Source of the DNA: Candidatus Heimdallarchaeota archaeon
GTDB lineage: Archaea; Asgardarchaeota; Heimdallarchaeia; Heimdallarchaeales; Heimdallarchaeaceae
Length of the DNA stretch: 64,000 bases
NCBI GenBank assembly: GCA_030603365.1
Contig: JAUVXV010000002.1
Span: 1 to 64,000 of the forward strand
Direction: 5' to 3'
Part shown: positions 57,868 through 64,000 of the stretch, one piece after another
How the letters are laid out: each line of letters begins with the position of its first letter
Numbering within the stretch: position 1 is the stretch's first letter
The notes under the pieces: model-generated
Databases searched by the model: none
Told to the model about the DNA's origin: nothing
The model's input: the letters and a program-made list of their open reading frames with translations, nothing else
Program-made: the position numbers and the translations under genes

Positions 57868-58887
57868 CTACTCGTTTTGTTCAAAGAGTTCTTTTCTTAG
57901 ATGCTCTTTCTCATTGATGACCATTTTTGATAATGGAAAATAATAATGATCTACTCTTGTATCAGGATAAAATCCTACGTGTACCATTCCTAAGAATTTA
58001 TCTGCAACAGTTGCACAGAATGGATCTTTAGCTTGAGGGTTTGTTCCAACTCCTAATTGGGAAAGTTTCACATCTTCACGTCTAATCAGAGCTTGTATAT
58101 CCTCTCCCACTTTCCCTCCACCTACACAATCTACTAAAGTATTATCCTTAATTGTTAATGTGAGTAGTTGAGTTAACTCTTCTTGCCATCCTGGAAAGAT
58201 GTTTAAGGTTCCATTAATTGTACATACAGTTTGTCCATAATGTAACTCTAATGTTATTTCCCCTGCAGGTAAATTTGAGAACATACCTGGAGATGTGCAG
58301 AAACCAGATTCCCATAACCAATCTATAGGTGTATTGAATTCAAGTAAAAGATGACTTCCTGCTAAGTCAAAGAGTTCAAGTTTTCTTGCTCCTTGAACTA
58401 GACTGAATAATTTTGTTGTTATTTTTTCTATATCATGCAGATTCACATCTAGAGGACCTTCTGGATAGAAAACATCTGCAGGTATAAGTGGTGCTGATAC
58501 ATGTCGTATCTTCTTGTTATCTAGAGGAACTTTCAAAGATGGAACATCTGTCAAAGAAAATTCTGTTATCGTAATTACTAAGTCTGATTCTAGTATTTTC
58601 TTCTTCATTTCTTTATCATTTGGATCGATATAGTGTTGGTAAGTTGGTTTGATTAAATATAATTCTACCTTATCTTGCTTCTTTTCCTTTATGATTTCGT
58701 ATATTCTTTTTGCTAGTAAATTTCGCTCTACTATTGATTCAAGAATAGCTGTTGGTTTATTAACAAAATCCTCAGGACTTGGGTAATCACTAATAATCAA
58801 AACTTTCTCATTTTCTCTAACTTCCCAAGCTTCCTCTAATAGCCTTGTTACAATAGGTCGTATAGAATCCTTGAGATAGTCTGCCAT
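57868..58887 (-). CDS. M29/aminopeptidase T-like protein, possibly degenerate
   Basis: NLPAGEI, LGVGTNP, K.LG.VH; ATG 58887 preferred. Confidence 0.65.
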   Translation of the reverse strand: MADYLKDSIRPIVTRLLEEAWEVRENEKVLIISDYPSPEDFVNKPTAILESIVERNLLAKRIYEIIKEKKQDKVELYLIKPTYQHYIDPNDKEMKKKILESDLVITITEFSLTDVPSLKVPLDNKKIRHVSAPLIPADVFYPEGPLDVNLHDIEKITTKLFSLVQGARKLELFDLAGSHLLLEFNTPIDWLWESGFCTSPGMFSNLPAGEITLELHYGQTVCTINGTLNIFPGWQEELTQLLTLTIKDNTLVDCVGGGKVGEDIQALIRREDVKLSQLGVGTNPQAKDPFCATVADKFLGMVHVGFYPDTRVDHYYFPLSKMVINEKEHLRKELFEQNE

Positions 58888-58946
58888 AATCCCGATTTGA
58901 ACATTCGGATTTTTGCTTAAAAACATTAGTCTAAAGGAAATTGAAC

Positions 58947-60038
58947 TTATGGGTGCTTGTAGAAACATCTTAACATTGTTTTTGCGAAATTGTCACTAGA
59001 AATACATTTTCGACAATCTATACAAGATGCTCTTTCTTGTCCTTCTTCTAATAAATTCACCAAATCAGGTTCATTGATAAATGGTTTACTCATGGAGATG
59101 AAATCAGCAACATTGTTATCTAATAGAGCATCCATTGTAGTTCTACTTCGAATTCCATCTACAATAATCAGAGGTAAATCTTGTATCTGATCACGAATTT
59201 TCTTGACATGTGCTCCCCATGTTGCTTCACAATATCCAGTCTCAATAGCAGCTCTTCCTCTAGTTTTTCTGATATGATTCTGTTGTTCAGGACCTCCTCC
59301 ACTAATTTCTGCAAAAGATAGTCCTTTCTCAGCTAACCATTTTATAACGCTTATAGCATCATCTACTTGCATTCCACCTTCTTCAGCAAAATCATCACCG
59401 TTTATTTTCACACCGATAATTGCTTTTTCTCCTAACTTTTCCCTAATTGCATCATAAATCCTCATTAGTAACAAAGCTCTTTTTTCAAGTGTTTCTCCAT
59501 ATTCATCTAATCTTTTGTTGACTCTGTCAGAAAGGAATTGACTATTCAGATACCCATGAGCTGCATGAATTTGTACTCCATCAAATCCAGCTGCTATTGC
59601 GTTCTTTGCAGCTTCTGCAAAGTCCTCAATGATTTTTTCAATCTCATCTTGTCTTAATTCTCTAGCTTCCCAGTCATTAGTTTTGTAAGCTGAAGCGGTA
59701 ACTCTATCTTGACGACAGGTGAAACCTCCATGATTAATCTGACCTATGATTTTTGATCCATAAGAATGAACTATTTCAACTAGTTCTTCCATTCGTGGGA
59801 CATGTGCCTCTGCAGATAAACCAGACTGTTTAGAATGAGCTTTACCCTTTTCACTGACATATGAATGTCCTTTAATGATTAGACCAATATTTCCCTTTGC
59901 TAATTTCTCATAATGTTCTATTATTGGATCTGAAAGTATTCCAGTATCATCTGACCAATATGAAGTGGTTGCCGATCTTACAAATCTATTCTTTACTTCT
60001 AACTTTCCTATAGAAAAAGGTGTGAAAAGTTTGGACAT
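58947..60038 (-). CDS. NADH:flavin oxidoreductase (Old Yellow Enzyme family)
   Basis: KNRFVRSAT, QINHGG, AGFDGVQIHAAHGYL, CIDCRKC. Confidence 0.92.
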   Translation of the reverse strand: MSKLFTPFSIGKLEVKNRFVRSATTSYWSDDTGILSDPIIEHYEKLAKGNIGLIIKGHSYVSEKGKAHSKQSGLSAEAHVPRMEELVEIVHSYGSKIIGQINHGGFTCRQDRVTASAYKTNDWEARELRQDEIEKIIEDFAEAAKNAIAAGFDGVQIHAAHGYLNSQFLSDRVNKRLDEYGETLEKRALLLMRIYDAIREKLGEKAIIGVKINGDDFAEEGGMQVDDAISVIKWLAEKGLSFAEISGGGPEQQNHIRKTRGRAAIETGYCEATWGAHVKKIRDQIQDLPLIIVDGIRSRTTMDALLDNNVADFISMSKPFINEPDLVNLLEEGQERASCIDCRKCISSDNFAKTMLRCFYKHP

Positions 60039-60135
60039 AGTTTAACAATTTCATAGTAATAAAAAAACATTCCTCCTCAATGCCATACTGACAAAAGTTA
60101 AATATATCTGCAATAAATGAACAGTATAACTCAAC

Positions 60136-60384
60136 TTGGTGGAGATTTATATGGTATGCGGTTTAGATTTCGATTATCCTGAATGGTTATATAAAACAGC
60201 AATGTACATAGCAGCTTTTGGAACACTTCTATTTGTAGTGTTCGTATTTGTTTATTCGTCAGCTTCAAGCGCGGAAGTACCTAATAATACTTTAATCACA
60301 ACATCTTTGTGGTTACTTATATCAGGTGTAATCTTAGTTGTACCTGCAATAATAATATTCTTCACCAGAAGCAGTGATTATTAA
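60136..60384 (+). CDS. Small two-TM protein
   Basis: Two hydrophobic helices. Confidence 0.5.
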   Translation: MVEIYMVCGLDFDYPEWLYKTAMYIAAFGTLLFVVFVFVYSSASSAEVPNNTLITTSLWLLISGVILVVPAIIIFFTRSSDY

Positions 60385-61391
60385 TATTCATCTACTTTTG
60401 AACCACATTTGTGACAAAAAATTTTGTTAGGTTTTAACTTCACTCCACAGTTGGGGCAAAATTGAGCCTGTAAATGATTTATTTCATCAGTTTTTTTAGC
60501 TTCAACAAAATCAGATTGAACTACTGTTTGTGAAGTAGGAGATTTGTAAGTTTGAGGATCCACTGTTCTTTGTTGTGGAATAGTATAACCTGTGCTAGTC
60601 TCGAAATCATAATCTACTGGAACGTCATTTGCAACCAATTTTATATCATTACTCAAATTGAAAAATCCTATCATTAAGCCTACATATCCTAAAATGATGA
60701 TGACTCCTGCAATTATCAAAGGTGTTAAGTTGATAGTAGTTTCAGAACTTAGCTGATAAACACTGAATGTTAAGGGAATCATTGATAATAGTGGAACAAT
60801 TTGAGAGTAGAATAATAGTTTACTTTCTTTTTTAGGGTAGAGCTGATTTTCTTTTAGAGCCTTGAAGGTCAAGCTAATATTATAATAAGCTAGAATCAGA
60901 AAAACAAATGCCCCAATATAAGCAATTTCCGTGATATATGAGAGACCTGTCCCAATAAATGTACCCATCAACAGGCTAGCAATTTGAATGAATAAAGCAT
61001 ACCTGATGAAATTTCCCACATTGTTAGCTTGTTTTGCTACTTGTGGTATTATTCTAGCAAGTATTCGAAAACTCTTAGATATTCTGAAAAAAGTAAAAAG
61101 ATACATAATACCAGATACCAAAAGAAGAATAAAGATAAATGAAAGTGCAGAAAAAATACCAGGATTTTCATCCATAAGAATAGTTAATGAAGCTTGTATT
61201 GCCTCAATATCCGCGGTAGCGGCTTCTTGAAGGATAATCAGAAGTTCCTCTAATACATTATAGAGAAGTGCGACTAAAACCACTAATGACCCCATAAAAA
61301 CTGTTTGGACAATAGCAAGTCTTTTAGCAAATTTGCTAATTTGATTTTTTATCAAATGAATAGGTGGAACAGCATTGTAGTTGGAATACAT
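60381..61391 (-). CDS. Multi-pass membrane protein with C-terminal zinc ribbon
   Basis: 6 TMs, polar linker, FCPNCG...FCHKCG. Confidence 0.75.
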   Translation of the reverse strand: MYSNYNAVPPIHLIKNQISKFAKRLAIVQTVFMGSLVVLVALLYNVLEELLIILQEAATADIEAIQASLTILMDENPGIFSALSFIFILLLVSGIMYLFTFFRISKSFRILARIIPQVAKQANNVGNFIRYALFIQIASLLMGTFIGTGLSYITEIAYIGAFVFLILAYYNISLTFKALKENQLYPKKESKLLFYSQIVPLLSMIPLTFSVYQLSSETTINLTPLIIAGVIIILGYVGLMIGFFNLSNDIKLVANDVPVDYDFETSTGYTIPQQRTVDPQTYKSPTSQTVVQSDFVEAKKTDEINHLQAQFCPNCGVKLKPNKIFCHKCGSKVDEY

Positions 61392-61461
61392 TAGACATTC
61401 ACCTTGGTACTCAAATTTAGAGAATAAAGAGTGATATAAAAAACTAGTTTTTTGAACTAAT

Positions 61462-62442
61462 TCATTTCTTTTTCATAAAATTCTTCTTGATGTTCGCATA
61501 AGGTTGATTGTTAAATGGACATACCTTTATGCAGACAGTGCAGGCATAATTATTACCAAAGTATGGAAAACACTTGTTATTATCTATATGAGTGACTCTA
61601 CCAGTTTCATGTTCTATAGGTGTTTCATAAATTGCTCCAGGGGGACATTCCTTAATGCACTTATTGCATTTCTCGCAATAATCTTTGATCCAGCCATGTT
61701 CATTACTTTCATTCAAAGGGAGGTTCTCAATATTTGTATAAACAGCAGTTAATCTTAATGTTGGACCATTTATAGGAGTTATTAGAATACCAGATTTGCC
61801 AAACCCTCCCAATCCTGCTTTTTCTGCAAGTCTAGGGTAAAGAGCAATCCCTCCTAGTGGATGAGAAGCATGAGAAGCAAATCCTTTTTTCCTTAGGTAT
61901 CTTGCAACTTTATTTGATGCAACACCTAGCTTATCATAAGTCTTCCAGATATTCTTGAGAGCTTTTTTACTTGGTGCTGTATTAATTTTCTCATTATTCA
62001 TATTCATTGCTAAAACAATAGCATTTTCAAATGCAACCGCTTTTGACTCGAAGATATAATCACGTGGTACTTTTGTATAACCTATACCGGATATTTTCAA
62101 CGACTTTGCATAGTCCTCTAGTTCTAGAAGCTCTTCTTCATTGATTTTCAACTTTGGCTCTTCTTCATTGTTCTTCAGATCTGTAATTGCCCGTTTACCA
62201 TTTTTAATACAAGATAGAATATGACGAATAGTCCTCAATTTCAATGGTACGTCAATTCCTTCTCTTCGTCCGAATTCTACAGGAATATCAAATCTTTCAG
62301 GAGATTTGTCTGAGTATTTATGTGAAGTTTCTTGTGAAGTTACTGAATCTTCTAATTCATAAACCTTCAAAACTCTAGGTACTCCAACTTTTCTGAAAAT
62401 ATGTTTTTTAATTTTGCCAACAACAGACATCTCGCTAGTCAT
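61462..62442 (-). CDS. Reductive dehalogenase/QueG-like corrinoid 2x[4Fe-4S] protein
   Basis: LAEKAGLG..GKSG.LI...GP.LRL, CEKCNKCIKECP, CTVCIKVCPF. Confidence 0.82.
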   Translation of the reverse strand: MTSEMSVVGKIKKHIFRKVGVPRVLKVYELEDSVTSQETSHKYSDKSPERFDIPVEFGRREGIDVPLKLRTIRHILSCIKNGKRAITDLKNNEEEPKLKINEEELLELEDYAKSLKISGIGYTKVPRDYIFESKAVAFENAIVLAMNMNNEKINTAPSKKALKNIWKTYDKLGVASNKVARYLRKKGFASHASHPLGGIALYPRLAEKAGLGGFGKSGILITPINGPTLRLTAVYTNIENLPLNESNEHGWIKDYCEKCNKCIKECPPGAIYETPIEHETGRVTHIDNNKCFPYFGNNYACTVCIKVCPFNNQPYANIKKNFMKKK

Positions 62443-62644
62443 CTACATTCAGCAAAAGACGTAATTATAATAATCTTTTGTCTCCTTGTCACTTGAAAAG
62501 ACCTTTGAATCAAAATCTGATTATTTAAAAATAAATGTAATTTGACTTTTAGAATTATACATTCAAATTCACAAACCGGTATTTTCAAAAAATTTATAAT
62601 ATACTGAATTAAAAAGAAAAAAGGTTAAGGGGTTTTTTCTACTC

Positions 62645-63463
62645 TCAAAATGTCTTCCCACAACTTGAGCAGAAAGCATCTTCTTTATTCACTTTTGCAC
62701 CACATTCTGGACAGAATTTTGATTGGTCAGGTTGATTTTGGACAGGTTGTTGTAATGCTGGATCAACCATTGAATCTATTGCTTTGTAAAGAAGGAACAT
62801 ACCAGCTGATAGTAGCCCTAAGTGAACTATAGAAAATATATTATCTACTAAAGTCATAGTTATAAAATCAGTGTTGTTTGAATAAGTTAGGATTATAATA
62901 ATTATTCTTTCAACTGCAAAAACAAGACCTGAACCAATTAGAATTGGAGTTACACCTTTAGTAATTATTCCTTCTCGTTTCATACTTCTCATAATTCTAA
63001 ATAAAAGAACAAAACTGGCTATATAGAATAACGAAGCAACTAAAATTATGAAATGTCCAGTTGTAAAATTATCCGCAGAATTGGTGCCTTGAGTACTTTG
63101 ACCAACCACTTCAATACAGGCTCCTACTAACATGAGAATTCCGGTGATTCGAGCAAGATTGGGATCTCCGGAAGAAATATCCTTAAGTTTGAAAAGACTT
63201 CCCCCCAACACAAAATAGGAACCTAATAAAAGTATGTAACCCATAAAAATGAATACTAGAAGTACAAAAAATGCTCCTGCACCGAAAAACACGAAATCAT
63301 AAGAGTCAGCTTCGTCAACAATCTCTAAGGCTAAAATTAGTATTGTATTAAGAAGATAAAGGAGAGACATTAATATTCCAATCATCGTAAAAATGATAGA
63401 AATCATTCCAACTCTTCGCTTTACACTTCTTATTGGATTAGGAGTAAACGCTGCTGCGCACAT
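62645..63463 (-). CDS. Multi-pass membrane protein with C-terminal zinc ribbon
   Basis: 6 TMs, FCPECG...FCSSCG. Confidence 0.75.
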   Translation of the reverse strand: MCAAAFTPNPIRSVKRRVGMISIIFTMIGILMSLLYLLNTILILALEIVDEADSYDFVFFGAGAFFVLLVFIFMGYILLLGSYFVLGGSLFKLKDISSGDPNLARITGILMLVGACIEVVGQSTQGTNSADNFTTGHFIILVASLFYIASFVLLFRIMRSMKREGIITKGVTPILIGSGLVFAVERIIIIILTYSNNTDFITMTLVDNIFSIVHLGLLSAGMFLLYKAIDSMVDPALQQPVQNQPDQSKFCPECGAKVNKEDAFCSSCGKTF

Positions 63464-63636
63464 TACTTGATTAGGAGAATAAAATCTATATAAATTTAGC
63501 TCGAAAAAAACATGATTTTAAGATTAATATTGATTTGGCATTAGCAATGTTTAAAACTTCAACTAGTTACATTGGTTCACAATGGTGAAATACTTTCAAG
63601 ATAGAGCTTGATAGTTAATATAATGAGGATTAAAAA

Positions 63637-64000
63637 ATGAGTGTAACAGATGTAGTACAGGTTCAACCTGTAAAACTAACCCAAAAACTAGGGAGATATA
63701 CAAAAGGATTGATGACAAGTATTGGTATCATCTTGGTTTCAACAACTTTAGCTATAATTGGAATTCAAATAGATGTTGATATAATTATAACTGTTGGTTT
63801 TATAATCGTTGGATTAAGCAGTATTATTTTCTTAGTTTTCCTGGTACTCTTCCTAACTAGCATTAAAAGGCTGGGAAGAACAAATAGCGATTTTTATACT
63901 TCCGCAAACAAGATCTTTATTTCTTTCTTATATGGTCTAATATTCGCTGCAGCAGGTGGTGCTAATTCTTATACAGATGCAGAAGAATTGCTGTCACAAT
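63637..64000 (+). CDS. Multi-pass membrane protein, 5' part (runs off window)
   Basis: ATG 63637 MSVTDVVQVQPVK..., open to the window end with hydrophobic segments. Confidence 0.65.
   Translation, partial: MSVTDVVQVQPVKLTQKLGRYTKGLMTSIGIILVSTTLAIIGIQIDVDIIITVGFIIVGLSSIIFLVFLVLFLTSIKRLGRTNSDFYTSANKIFISFLYGLIFAAAGGANSYTDAEELLSQ

Overview
An AT-rich (roughly 30% GC by eye) archaeal chromosomal segment. It has PAC2, Hef- and XPD-family genes, TATA boxes close to start codons, oligo-T terminators, and many TPR, zinc-ribbon and C-terminally anchored surface proteins; an Asgard/Heimdallarchaeia-like origin is inferred, not proven. About 55 CDSs were found, and no rRNA, tRNA or CRISPR array. Metabolic genes include a heterodimeric ABC exporter, amidohydrolases, TatD, a 2-hydroxyacyl-CoA dehydratase/activase set, ProX, an ALDH-like protein, DegV, an EamA transporter, glyoxylate reductase, an OYE-family enzyme and an RdhA/QueG-like protein. 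These are interleaved with accessory genes: surface proteins, a TPR protein and toxin-antitoxin pairs. Main observation: at seven loci, 1-2 accessory genes sit between an intact conserved gene and a short orphan copy of that same gene's 3' or 5' end. The orphan ends mostly keep their frame and differ largely at synonymous positions, and no integrase is present. This suggests repeated, homology-anchored capture of cargo from related lineages. Second: two transposase-less TnpB elements share a rearranged (Fanzor-like) RuvC site, a covarying 3' omega-RNA, inverted-repeat-like ends, and the same 34-nt spacing to a downstream host ATG. Third: a catalytically degenerate Hef/FANCM-like pseudo-helicase is coupled to an intact Fe-S XPD/DinG-family helicase. 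All alignments and translations outside the ORF track were done by eye.
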